64,000 nucleotides of DNA from Deltaproteobacteria bacterium (GTDB lineage: Bacteria > Myxococcota > JACPTQ01), in contig JACPTQ010000072.1 in NCBI GenBank assembly GCA_016192705.1, positions 6,611 through 70,610 of the forward strand. The letters run 5' to 3'. Both the position numbers and the translations under genes were made by a program. Within the stretch, counting starts at the first letter, position 1, and each line of letters opens with the position of its first letter. Below are positions 28,278 to 38,066 of the stretch, piece after piece. Below the pieces are notes generated by a model, which saw only the letters and a list, made by a program, of their open reading frames with translations, had not been told where the DNA came from and made no database searches.

Positions 28278-31200
28278 CTAAGGAATCCGTTTCACGAAGA
28301 CGGCCGTATTGTTCGAGCATCTCGCCGCTTCAAAGCGCCCCGCGGGAACTCTCTTGCGGTAAACGCCCCATGGATGGTTATCCGACGCGCGATAGATCGT
28401 CCCCACCTTCGTCCAACCGCCGCCTGGAGGCTGACACTTGGTGTGGTCGTACGCATCGGTGTGATAAACGATCGCCGGCTCAGTGAGCGTAAAGACTGGC
28501 GGAACCCCGGAGCCACCCTGAATGAGAACGCTCCCCTCCATTTCCGGGAGCAGATTCTTTATCGGCTCAAGGTTGGAGCGGTAAATAAACTGCCTGCCCA
28601 CCGGATTCTCATGCGGCCCCGCAATCGCCGGCACCACGTCTCGGACGAGTCGGGAAGCGAATCCTGACGGCCACCCCGCTCGCTGCGCCGTGACGCCGTA
28701 CTTAAACTCGCTGAGGTTCGGCTTTTGCGCTTGTTGAAGGTTCGAGAATCTCCCCTCGAGCGAGTTCGCGGAAACCGTGAGCCGGTACCACTGCCACCAG
28801 CCGGGGCTGACCCGACGGAGCTCCAAGACCCGCGTGGCCGGGTCGAAGCTCACCGAGTCGATATTCTCGCGCCCAGCGCCCCCAAAGCGCAGGTCGAGTT
28901 GATACCCGGATCCGGCTCGCGCGATCTCGAGATCGAACCTGTGGTTGTTCGCGTTGCCTTGCCACTTACCCGCGGGGTCGACGACGGGACTCTGGGATGT
29001 CGCGGCAGGCCCTTGTGCCGCCGCACCCGCCGCCTTGACCGCGTCCTCCGCAGCCACGCTGGTGCATTTGACGACGGCGCCGAAGGTTGCGCCCACGTTT
29101 CGCGTGAGGTTGTTCTCACAGCAGTCGGACGCCTTTCTGACGAACGTGTCGCGTCCGGCGCTCGCGACCTTACCGATGGCCGACTTCAGGTCGCTCACCC
29201 CCGGAACACCGCGCATTCGCGCGTCGCCAAAAAACGCATCGACCGCTTTGAGTCCGTCGTCGGCTGACGAAATCGTTCGGTTCAACGCCTTTCGGTACTC
29301 GGAGCACGCAAAGACCTTGAGCGCCTCGCCCGCCGCGGCGTTCAGTGACTCCGCGAGGCACTCGGTCGCATTCTTGAGCATGCCGCTGAAATTGGCGCTC
29401 CCGCCACAGCTCGGCTTGCACTTGGGGTTCGACTCGAGTTCGTTCGCGAACGTCGAAAACCCAGTGTCGGTGAGCGTCGCGACCTTGTCGCGCAAGTCTT
29501 TCGGGAATCCGAGCTTCACGGCGCTCGCAAGCTTTTCGATGTTATCGACGACCGCACCTTTGAGCGTTCCCGAGCGCGCCTCATTCGCGATCCAGCGCAC
29601 AGTGCCGTCGTACGCTGCCGCCGCGAGCGCCGTCCCCGCGCACGATCCGGCCTGGCTCACGAGCGCGCCCCAATCGACGTTCGCCCCGATGTTGAGCTTC
29701 GAGCCGTCGGCGCCGATGCAGCTCTCGAGGCACTGTGACATCGCCGGAATCCCGTACCGTCCGATGTTCGCTCCCACGCCCTTCAGCATGTCTGGCAGGT
29801 TGACGCTTCCCGCGCCCCCGAAGTTAAGCGAAAAATTGAGCCCCGCGTTCTCGAAGAAGCCAGCGAGATTCGCAAACTGCAACCGGAACGTCTCGCCTTC
29901 GCCGCGGGCGGCATCGACGACCTTCATAAGCGCTTCTTTGACGAGCGCGTTTCGGCCAACAATGAGCGCGCTCTCGGCTTCTCGCCTTAGGCACGCGACG
30001 ACGCCGGTCACGAACCGGTCGAACGCGCCCCTCCAATCGTTCCCTTCGAACGCGAGATTTACGCACGCCGCGCGGATCTGAAGGCCGAACTTCTCGACCG
30101 CGGCGCCCGAAGCTTTATCAAGCATTGCGGCCACATTGAAGTCGCCCGGAATCGCCCGACCGAGCGCGCCGAAGAGCGAACTGAGGCCGCCTTTAATTGC
30201 GCCAAAACCAAGACCAGAAAAGGCATCCAGCGCGCCCGCCGCAAGGCCGATTTGTGCCCCAACGCCGAGGCAATTGAAGAGGTTCTCAAGGAACTTTTTG
30301 ATCCCTTCACCCTTGCCAATGTCGCGTGTGACGCTTGAGCAGACCTGACCCACGAATCGTCCAAACACGGCCGCGCCGGCGTCGAGCCCACTCTTCAAGA
30401 GCTCGTCGAGTTTCCCGGGGAGTGCGGGAAACGAAAGCTTAAATCCGCCGAACGAACCCACGAACGCGCCCCAAGCCGCGTCGAGGCCGGACTTCGAGGT
30501 TGCGCCCTTCGCGATTTCAGCGACGGCGCTGACGATGGTCGACTCCTGGAGTGCGTTCAACGCGACGGGTCCGATGCAATCAAAGACCTCCTTCGCGAGT
30601 GCCGCGACGTCGCCACCTTTGAGCTGCTTGTTGCCGCAACTTAGCCGAAGCTCAACGCCAAATCGCCTGCCACTTTCCGTCGCAATCTTGCCCGCGAACG
30701 TCATCAGGTCGGGCGGCATTCCGAGTCCCCACGCGCCAAAGACGTCTCCGAGAAACTTGATCCCGTCGCCGAATCGGTTGGATTCCTTCTCGGCGAAATC
30801 GGCAAGCCTTTGGACCGCGGCCAAGATGAGATCGCCCGGCCCATACTCCTTCTGCTCCGTGATCGCCCCGAGCTTGCGAGCCGCGTCGCGCAGCTTGTCG
30901 AGCGGGATGACCGCGCCGACACCTTTGCAAAGCGCCTTGAGCGGTTCGCTGAGAACCGGTCGAAGGGCGTCGAACGACTGGTTCAAGAGCGGCTTCAGGA
31001 CGAAGTTGCGCACGAGTTCCTTGGCGCCTGGAATGCGGATGTTCACGACCGGGATCGCGGTGCCGTCGAATACAAAGTCGCTGACCTTTTCCGCGATGAG
31101 CGGCGCAAGGAAGGTATCGTGAAGCGCGTTAAGCGCAAAATGAGACAGAACCCCGGCGACCGGGCCGAGAAGGGCGCCGACGCCACCGAGCGTCGCACCT

Positions 31201-34200
31201 GCCGCGGCTACGGCCTGCGTGATCATGGCGACGAGGGGAGGGTAGATCGTCTTCGTCACCACGGGGAGCTTCAGCACCGCTTCGACGAAGCCGCTCACGA
31301 TCCCGACGAGTGCGGGTCGAAGCATGATGGCCGCTTGGTCGAGGAGCGCATCGATGAGCTTATTCACCGCGTCGGCGATGGCCTGCGTTTTTCCGCCAGG
31401 CGAGGTCATCGCCGCGAAGGGGTCTGGGCAAAGGCCGGTGACGGTCTCGACGATCTTTGCGAGACTGCTGACGATATCGAGAATTTTTCCTGCGCCTGTA
31501 AAGAAGTCCTTTACATCTTTAAAAACAACGCGAACCCTCGGCGGCACGAGTCCGCAAACCGGTTCAATCGCCGAAACCTTTGTTTGCCCCGCAAGGCAAT
31601 CGATCGCGTTCTGCCCGAGCGCGGTGATGAGCCGGCCGACGGGGCCCGTCACGGCGCTGTAAATCTGATCGAGGACGGGCGAGACGATCGTGTCAAACGC
31701 GTCGGAAATCGCTCGCTTTACTCCTTCGGCTATCGGTACGCCATACTGGTCCCAGAGCGCCTTCGCGGAGTTTCCGACGAAGTCGATCGCGTTCTTTCCA
31801 AGGTCGACGACGTACGTGACGGCGCCGACGGCGGCTTGCCCCATCGCCTGAAGCCCGGCGGTCGTGAATTCGCCGACCTTCGCGAATCCGTCGCCGATCC
31901 CTTTCGCGAGACTCCCGCCTTCGACCATGACGTCGCTCATCGCGCTGTTGAACGTGCTCATCGCCGCCTGCGGATCGCTAAACATCTGCCCGACGCCGTT
32001 CGAAACTTTGCCGACCCACTTCCCAAATTTTTCCCACGGCGGCGCCTTGGCATCGGCCTCGCGGCGCGCCTGTTCTTCAAGCGCTCGTCGCCGATCGTCA
32101 GCGGCCTTTGACGCTTTCGTCAGCGCCTCCTGCGCGTTCGCGCAAAAGTCATCGTAACGTTTGTCGCCGTCCGCCAAGAGGGACCTTATTTGCTCAAAGC
32201 CGGTGCAGTTCTTTTCCTTGGCGGTCAGGTTTTTCGGGAAACTGAGCGATGGCAAAAAGTCACCTCTTCCCGATCCTTTGCACCGACTTGAGATTTGGCT
32301 AAGCGTATCGTCGGCGTCTTTCCTATTGCCACTGCCGAGGTGACGCATCGCGGTTTCCACATCGATCCTGATAATTTCGAAGCTGAACCAGAGTGTGCCC
32401 TTAGCCACGTCGTGGCAGTCGTTGAGGCGCGCGGCCGTTTCATCGAACTCCTTTGTTTTCGCCTCGACGAGGTTGGTGACGATCTGTCTCGCGCTTGAGT
32501 AAACCGTGTTAAGCACGACCGTGACGGGGCTCACCATGGCCCCGGCGCAAGGCCCGTCCTTTTTCGAGAACTGCGTGAGAACATGTTTCCCGAGAGCCTC
32601 GATGGTCTTTGCAAATTCTCCCTGGCCGTTTTCAACCCATTTCCCAAAGTCGCTCGCCTTCTCAAAAGGGAATCGCGAGAACGGCGGTTCAAAAACAGCG
32701 CGAAACTTGGCGAGCCCCTGTGAGATGCAGGCGTTTTCTTTCATCCAGAGTACGGTGCCGGCGGTGCTATCGAGGTTGCTCTCGGAAACAAACTTTCGTC
32801 GCGCGTCGGCGGTGGCGAAATGGTTTCGCAGCCCTTGCGGGCCGCCGCCGCCCACGCCGTCGTCGAGCAACTTTCGCATGAGCGTGAGCGCGCGGTTTGG
32901 ACGCGTGCCGCTCGGGTGCTCCGGCAATGTCGGATTCATCAAGTAGCCGGCGATCCCGGGATAATTGGCGCGCAATTCGGCGGTTGCCACGAAGATGAGC
33001 GACTTCACCGCCTCGCCCTTAAGGCGTTCGAGCTCGGCGCCAATCCCGAGCTGACTCAAGAAATAACCACGCTTCTCGCGCACCGACTTTTCGAGTTTCG
33101 CCGGGTCGTTCGCGCCTTTGCACCAGCCCCACATCTCCTTGATGACGGTGCGGAGCGGCGATGCGCGACTCGGATCGCTCGCGTCGTCGAAGAGCAGCAT
33201 GCCAGCGATCGATGGATAGTGGTCGAGCTCCGTCGCGAATTCACGACGAAGAGCGGCGATGGCGGCGTCACGATTGGGACTTCCGACCTTTAGTTTGTCG
33301 AGCAGGGAGCCCTGCTCTTGCGTTAGCTTTGCTCGGACGTTTGCGGCGTCCAAGCGTTCAGTGGACGAAAACCGGCGGAGCAGCGCCTTAAAGAACGGGT
33401 TCCCAGAACTCGTAACCGCCGGAATGATTTGCGGCGAACACGTGATGGCGTCCTTGAACACCGTGAGAAGCGACGAACGAACAGTCTCTTCGCGCAACCG
33501 AACGTATTCCGCTTCAACTTTGTCACTCACCGGCTTTTCCAGGAGCGGCGCGATGAAGTTCGCAAGGTTCCGGCTCTGTGGAATCCGTCTTTGGTCTCGC
33601 GACGAAATGATCTGCCAATCGGCGGGCGTGAGTTTGACGTTGCTCGTCTTCGCGAGCGCCGTTTTCAGCAGGTCGGATGATGGGTCTTTGAAGATCGCGC
33701 GAAGGCCGGGCTCCACTTTGGTGTAATGGAAATACGCAAGGTCGAGGGCGTTGACGATTTCGAGCCCGTCGATGCACTTCGATAGCGCGACCGCAACCTG
33801 GTTCGGGTCTTTGTTAAACCCGAACTTTGGGAACTGGCGTTTGATCGCCGCGTAAAGGACCTCATACCGTTCGTTGACGCAAAGCCGCTCGCGTTTGAAA
33901 ACATCGAGTCCTGTTTCGGTCAGCGCTCGAATCAACTCGGACTGCCTTGACCAGTTGCCTCGTATATCCTGCTCCCATTTGCCTGGCGGCGACGTCCGTA
34001 TCCAATCCGCGGCGGCCTGAACTACGCGGCCGTTCGGATGAACGGCGGCGCCAAGCACGGTTGGGAAGTTCTGCCGAACGATCGGAAAGAGACTCGCAAT
34101 CACTTGCCCCGCATACAATCGCCGCAATTTGTCGAGCTCGCCAAAGATCGCCTTGAATCCAGGGAAGCCGGTCTTATTTGCCTTGAGTTTCTCAAAAAGC

Positions 34201-35249
34201 TCGTCGCGTAAAACTTGTTCGGGCGATATGATCTGGCCGGACCTGCGGGTCACTGGGCCGCCCACTTCGAAGTCGTTGAACCGTCCCCGCCCCGACCCCG
34301 TAGGTTTTTTTAGCTTGGTGAATGAGGCCACAACGGCGTCGATGGCGGCGCGCATCGGAACTCCGTTTGGGTCGAGAAGGACCGGCCGCAGTTTGTATCC
34401 GACGGAGCTGTCTTCGTCGGCATAGACGAGCGGAAGGACTTGGCTCGCGACGGACGGCGCGTAGCAGCGAGCGACCGCAGCTTTGATCGCAGGGGTCCAG
34501 TCGACTTCTTTCATCCGCGACTGAAGACGCACGAGAACCTGGCGTTCGCGTCCAGGTCTGACAACGATTGGTTCCTGGAGCCGGCGCGCGAGGATTTCCG
34601 GGAGCTCTGTTTGCCGCGTCGCCTCGATGGCTTCGACGACGATCGCGCAACCGCCGATCGACGCGGGCAGACTGCCCATATAGATGTTGATTGCCTGACG
34701 CTGTGCCGTGAGGGCGATCCGCTCAACGTCCGCGAAGGTGAGTTTTTCCGCGACCATCTCGGCTTCGATTTCGTCGATCCGCTCCTTGGGGGGTGCCGGT
34801 GCCCTCGCGGCCCCCGCTCCATAGAAAACACGACGAAGGACGCCCCACTCGATGAGGTTGCGCCGCATCTTCGAGTCGCTCTGCAGCTCCTTGATGAGCG
34901 CCGTCATGATTGGAGCCACGGAGAGGTCTTGGCCGAACCCCGGGACGTTGGCGAGCGCTTTTTTCCACCGTTCAAACTCCCGCGGATCGGGCTCTCGTCC
35001 TAAGACAGTCTTGTAGGCGTACGCGGTGTTTCGACAGATGGTGCTTTCATTGTTTGGAGCGCACCCCGTGGTCGTCGCGCGCGTAAGCGCACGGCACGTG
35101 TCGTGTGTGTGCCAGGCGCACCAATCGGCGGCGCGGTCAGGTTTCCGCTGCGCTTGCACAGACGCTGGCACCGACCAAGCGAGCAAGAACGCCGGCATAA
35201 CGAGTCTGGCCATCCGAGTTTTCCACTTAAAACGTGCTGCAAACCGCAT
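28278..35249 (-). CDS. giant secreted protein (2323 aa), mostly alpha-helical/low-complexity, no recognised catalytic domain
   Basis: Uninterrupted 6.97-kb ORF directly upstream of, and co-oriented with, the gsp operon. N-terminal signal peptide (MARLVMPAFLLAWSVPASVQA). Cys-rich N-terminal module with a LGREPDPxEFERW motif, then long A/G/L/K-rich helical regions. Shares short motifs with the 828-aa protein at 52404-54890. Confidence 0.6.
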   Translation of the reverse strand: MRFAARFKWKTRMARLVMPAFLLAWSVPASVQAQRKPDRAADWCAWHTHDTCRALTRATTTGCAPNNESTICRNTAYAYKTVLGREPDPREFERWKKALANVPGFGQDLSVAPIMTALIKELQSDSKMRRNLIEWGVLRRVFYGAGAARAPAPPKERIDEIEAEMVAEKLTFADVERIALTAQRQAINIYMGSLPASIGGCAIVVEAIEATRQTELPEILARRLQEPIVVRPGRERQVLVRLQSRMKEVDWTPAIKAAVARCYAPSVASQVLPLVYADEDSSVGYKLRPVLLDPNGVPMRAAIDAVVASFTKLKKPTGSGRGRFNDFEVGGPVTRRSGQIISPEQVLRDELFEKLKANKTGFPGFKAIFGELDKLRRLYAGQVIASLFPIVRQNFPTVLGAAVHPNGRVVQAAADWIRTSPPGKWEQDIRGNWSRQSELIRALTETGLDVFKRERLCVNERYEVLYAAIKRQFPKFGFNKDPNQVAVALSKCIDGLEIVNALDLAYFHYTKVEPGLRAIFKDPSSDLLKTALAKTSNVKLTPADWQIISSRDQRRIPQSRNLANFIAPLLEKPVSDKVEAEYVRLREETVRSSLLTVFKDAITCSPQIIPAVTSSGNPFFKALLRRFSSTERLDAANVRAKLTQEQGSLLDKLKVGSPNRDAAIAALRREFATELDHYPSIAGMLLFDDASDPSRASPLRTVIKEMWGWCKGANDPAKLEKSVREKRGYFLSQLGIGAELERLKGEAVKSLIFVATAELRANYPGIAGYLMNPTLPEHPSGTRPNRALTLMRKLLDDGVGGGGPQGLRNHFATADARRKFVSESNLDSTAGTVLWMKENACISQGLAKFRAVFEPPFSRFPFEKASDFGKWVENGQGEFAKTIEALGKHVLTQFSKKDGPCAGAMVSPVTVVLNTVYSSARQIVTNLVEAKTKEFDETAARLNDCHDVAKGTLWFSFEIIRIDVETAMRHLGSGNRKDADDTLSQISSRCKGSGRGDFLPSLSFPKNLTAKEKNCTGFEQIRSLLADGDKRYDDFCANAQEALTKASKAADDRRRALEEQARREADAKAPPWEKFGKWVGKVSNGVGQMFSDPQAAMSTFNSAMSDVMVEGGSLAKGIGDGFAKVGEFTTAGLQAMGQAAVGAVTYVVDLGKNAIDFVGNSAKALWDQYGVPIAEGVKRAISDAFDTIVSPVLDQIYSAVTGPVGRLITALGQNAIDCLAGQTKVSAIEPVCGLVPPRVRVVFKDVKDFFTGAGKILDIVSSLAKIVETVTGLCPDPFAAMTSPGGKTQAIADAVNKLIDALLDQAAIMLRPALVGIVSGFVEAVLKLPVVTKTIYPPLVAMITQAVAAAGATLGGVGALLGPVAGVLSHFALNALHDTFLAPLIAEKVSDFVFDGTAIPVVNIRIPGAKELVRNFVLKPLLNQSFDALRPVLSEPLKALCKGVGAVIPLDKLRDAARKLGAITEQKEYGPGDLILAAVQRLADFAEKESNRFGDGIKFLGDVFGAWGLGMPPDLMTFAGKIATESGRRFGVELRLSCGNKQLKGGDVAALAKEVFDCIGPVALNALQESTIVSAVAEIAKGATSKSGLDAAWGAFVGSFGGFKLSFPALPGKLDELLKSGLDAGAAVFGRFVGQVCSSVTRDIGKGEGIKKFLENLFNCLGVGAQIGLAAGALDAFSGLGFGAIKGGLSSLFGALGRAIPGDFNVAAMLDKASGAAVEKFGLQIRAACVNLAFEGNDWRGAFDRFVTGVVACLRREAESALIVGRNALVKEALMKVVDAARGEGETFRLQFANLAGFFENAGLNFSLNFGGAGSVNLPDMLKGVGANIGRYGIPAMSQCLESCIGADGSKLNIGANVDWGALVSQAGSCAGTALAAAAYDGTVRWIANEARSGTLKGAVVDNIEKLASAVKLGFPKDLRDKVATLTDTGFSTFANELESNPKCKPSCGGSANFSGMLKNATECLAESLNAAAGEALKVFACSEYRKALNRTISSADDGLKAVDAFFGDARMRGVPGVSDLKSAIGKVASAGRDTFVRKASDCCENNLTRNVGATFGAVVKCTSVAAEDAVKAAGAAAQGPAATSQSPVVDPAGKWQGNANNHRFDLEIARAGSGYQLDLRFGGAGRENIDSVSFDPATRVLELRRVSPGWWQWYRLTVSANSLEGRFSNLQQAQKPNLSEFKYGVTAQRAGWPSGFASRLVRDVVPAIAGPHENPVGRQFIYRSNLEPIKNLLPEMEGSVLIQGGSGVPPVFTLTEPAIVYHTDAYDHTKCQPPGGGWTKVGTIYRASDNHPWGVYRKRVPAGRFEAARCSNNTAVFVKRIP

Positions 35250-35287
35250 TCTCTCCTCCCGTCATCGACCTTCTATATCCTTTTGAC

Positions 35288-35300
35288 GGGGGGGGGGGGG
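35288..35300. repeat. G13 homopolymer (C13 on the giant-gene coding strand), about 40-50 nt upstream of the giant gene ORF start, followed by T7 and G6 runs
   Basis: Read directly: ttttgacggggggggggggggatttattcaaagtttttttggggggc. Confidence 0.9.
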
Positions 35301-35681
35301 ATTTATTCAAAGTTTTTTTGGGGGGCTTCCGTCACCGTTCCGATGCCCCCAGTCAGCGCAATCGCATCTAAAAAGACCAGGTAGCAGGTTGATGGTATTC
35401 GTCCGTGACTCTCAACAATTTCGTTTTGGCGCGAGTTATTCGCGTGCACCCAAGAGGCGAACCCGCCGGGTCGCATGGGCACGGCGAGCCGGTCGGCGAT
35501 CTGCCGTCACAAGGTCCACCCCCAGCGACTCAGGGCCTGTGCATTTTTCCGCACCGTGTTAGGGTGAGAACATCGAAGGTTCGTGTTCCCACGGTGTTTG
35601 AGCGCCCCGAGAACAGGCGGAGGACGGACACGCTGCGAGATTTGACCGCGTTTCAGGGCGTTTGTTAGATTGAGAGCAACG

Positions 35682-36365
35682 ATGAACGACGTGGCTTCAC
35701 AGTCCGGCGGCTCCGAAGTTCTTTTTCAGCGGTTTGGTCGCCAGGCGCCAGCCGGGACGGTCCTATTCCGGGAGGGCGATTCCGGCGAGGAGATGTATGT
35801 CATTCAGAGTGGCCGCGTGCAGATAACGGTTACGGTTCGTGGCATCGAGAGGATGCTCGACGAGCTTGGGCCCGGTGAGTTTTTTGGCGAGATGGCGATC
35901 CTAAACGCGCGACCGCGGAGCGCCACGGCGACCGTTATCGAGGAGGCGCAACTCCTCGTGGTTGGCGCGAAAACGCTCGAGGCGATGATTCGCGGAAACA
36001 CGGAGATCGCGGTGCGCATGGTCAAGAAGCTCGCGGAGCGACTCGACGAGGCGGACCGAGTTATCGAGAACCTGATGTTGCGTGACTTGGCGAGTCGCGT
36101 TGTGCACCATTTGCAGGGCCTCGCGGAGACAGCCGGCGTCGCGGCGACCGAAGGCGGTGTGCGGATTCAAACAACGCCGAGTGAAGTTTCGCAAGCCATT
36201 TTGGTGCCGCTCGAAACCGTCGGGGATGTTTTCGCGCGGCTCGTAAAGGCGAATCTGCTCAAGCCCGAAGCGGGCGGCGCGTTTGTTATTCCAGACCCCG
36301 CAGCGATGGGGCAGTTTCTGGAATTCTTGGGGATGAAGGCGCGCTTCGAGCGACCGCTCACATGA
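35682..36365 (+). CDS. Crp/Fnr-family transcriptional regulator (cNMP-binding domain + C-terminal HTH)
   Basis: cNMP-binding beta-roll (GEFFGEMAILNARPRSATATVIEEAQLLVV) and C-terminal helix-turn-helix region. ATG at 35682 preferred over the TTG at 35670. Confidence 0.75.
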   Translation: MNDVASQSGGSEVLFQRFGRQAPAGTVLFREGDSGEEMYVIQSGRVQITVTVRGIERMLDELGPGEFFGEMAILNARPRSATATVIEEAQLLVVGAKTLEAMIRGNTEIAVRMVKKLAERLDEADRVIENLMLRDLASRVVHHLQGLAETAGVAATEGGVRIQTTPSEVSQAILVPLETVGDVFARLVKANLLKPEAGGAFVIPDPAAMGQFLEFLGMKARFERPLT

Positions 36366-36375
36366 AAGTCGGAAA

Positions 36376-37137
36376 TTGAAATTCCGTGTGCTCGGCTGCC
36401 ACGGCGGCGAAGCGCCTGGGTTTCGCGCGACGGCGTTTCTCATCGACGATGTGTTTGCGATCGACGCGGGCGGGATTGTTGGCGCGCTCCCGATCACGGC
36501 GCAGGCGCGGCTGGAAGCCGTGGCGCTCTCACACATCCACCTTGACCACATGAAAGATCTCGCGATGGTCGCCGACAACACGTTTGCGCTTCGCCGGTCC
36601 CCGCTCGACGTTTATGGAGCCGAGACGACGGTTAAGCATTTGAAGCGGCATCTGTTCAACGATAAGCTTTGGCCCGATTTCACGCGGATACCGACCGCGT
36701 CGCGGCCGACGATTCGTTTGCATTCGGTGTCCCTTGAGAAAGACGTTCGGATCGGACGACTCACGATCCGAGCGATCCCCGTGTTTCATACGGTCGAGTC
36801 GGTCGCGTTTCTCGTGTCGGATGGCAGCGGCACGATCGCCGTGTCGGGCGACACCGGGCCGACGACGCGACTTTGGGAAGTCTTGAACGGCACCCACGAT
36901 TTGCGCGCGGTGCTCGTCGAATGTTCGTTTCCGAATGCGCTGCAAGAGGTCGCCGACCTTTCGGGTCACTTCACGCCGCAAACACTGAAAACCGAGCTCG
37001 AAAAACTCGCGAACCGCGACGTGCCGATCTTTGTTTATCATCTGAAGCCACCGTTTTATGGCGAGGTGGCGCGCGAGTTGCGCGGGATGGGGCGGCGCCT
37101 TCGGATTTTGAAGCTCGCCGATGAGTTTCGATTCTAG
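36376..37137 (+). CDS. class II 3',5'-cyclic-nucleotide phosphodiesterase-like (metallo-beta-lactamase fold)
   Basis: 253 aa; signature HIHLDHMKDL (HxHLDH of class II cAMP phosphodiesterases / MBL fold). Immediately downstream of the Crp-family regulator. Confidence 0.55.
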   Translation: MKFRVLGCHGGEAPGFRATAFLIDDVFAIDAGGIVGALPITAQARLEAVALSHIHLDHMKDLAMVADNTFALRRSPLDVYGAETTVKHLKRHLFNDKLWPDFTRIPTASRPTIRLHSVSLEKDVRIGRLTIRAIPVFHTVESVAFLVSDGSGTIAVSGDTGPTTRLWEVLNGTHDLRAVLVECSFPNALQEVADLSGHFTPQTLKTELEKLANRDVPIFVYHLKPPFYGEVARELRGMGRRLRILKLADEFRF

Positions 37138-37139
37138 GA

Positions 37140-38066
37140 ATGGCGTGGTGGAAAAAAGAGAAGCCGCCTGAGACGGTGAATTCCGGCGCGGTGATTTCGC
37201 GAACCGCGGATGGCCTTTGGCGCAAGTGCGATGGGTGCGGTGAAATTCTCTATGCGCAAGAGGTTGCGAAAAACGCCGAGGTGTGTCCGCGGTGTCAGTT
37301 GCACTTTCCGATCTCGGTCACGAACCGGATCGCGTTTCATTTCGACGAGGGTTCATTTCGCGAAACGGACGCGGGGGTTCGTGGCGCCGATCCGCTGGAG
37401 TTTCGCGACAGCAAGAAATACCGAGATCGTCTCAAGGCGGCTGAAAAATCGGTTGGCCGTAAGGACGCCATCGTCACCGGTTCGGCGTGGATGGAGGGGA
37501 TCCCGGTGCGCGCGGGGCTTTTTGATTTCGCGTTCATGGGGGGGAGCATGGGGTCTGCCGTCGGCGAAAAGATCGCGCGGCTCTTCGATGGCGCGCTCGC
37601 GGCGGGGCTGCCGGTCGTCCTTTTTTCGTGTTCGGGCGGTGCGCGCATGCAGGAGGGGACGCTGTCGCTTATGCAGATGGCGAAGACGGTTCAGGCGATC
37701 GCGCGGTTTCGTGCGGGTGCGGCCCGCGAGGGTGTTGCGCGCCCGTTTGTTTCGGTCTTGCTGAATCCAACGACCGGTGGTGTTGCCGCGAGTTTTTCGA
37801 TGCTCGGCGACATCATCGTTGCGGAGCCCAAAGCGCTTGTTGGCTTCGCAGGGCCACGCGTCATTCAAGAAACGTTGCGCGAGAAGTTGCCGCCAGGGTT
37901 TCAGCGCGCGGAATATCTGCTCGAGCATGGAATGATCGATGCGGTTGTCGAGCGTCGAGAGCTGAAGACGTGGATCGCGCGGTCGTTGCGATTGCTCGGG
38001 TGCACGGTCGACCCGAAGAGCGTTGCGCATCGCTCGGGAGCCACCGCGAGCGCGAAAACGGAATGA
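37140..38066 (+). CDS. accD: acetyl-CoA carboxylase carboxyltransferase beta subunit
   Basis: N-terminal Zn ribbon CDGCGEILY...CPRCQLHF, then the carboxyltransferase domain (GSMGSAVGEKIARLF, LVGFAGPRVIQETL). Confidence 0.9.
   Translation: MAWWKKEKPPETVNSGAVISRTADGLWRKCDGCGEILYAQEVAKNAEVCPRCQLHFPISVTNRIAFHFDEGSFRETDAGVRGADPLEFRDSKKYRDRLKAAEKSVGRKDAIVTGSAWMEGIPVRAGLFDFAFMGGSMGSAVGEKIARLFDGALAAGLPVVLFSCSGGARMQEGTLSLMQMAKTVQAIARFRAGAAREGVARPFVSVLLNPTTGGVAASFSMLGDIIVAEPKALVGFAGPRVIQETLREKLPPGFQRAEYLLEHGMIDAVVERRELKTWIARSLRLLGCTVDPKSVAHRSGATASAKTE

Noticed and set aside
28102-28278. Sigma-54 type promoter (TGGCAtTTGCG) upstream of gspC
   Set aside because: Spacing between the GG and GC elements does not fit the -24/-12 consensus (TGGCAC-N5-TTGC); a chance match.
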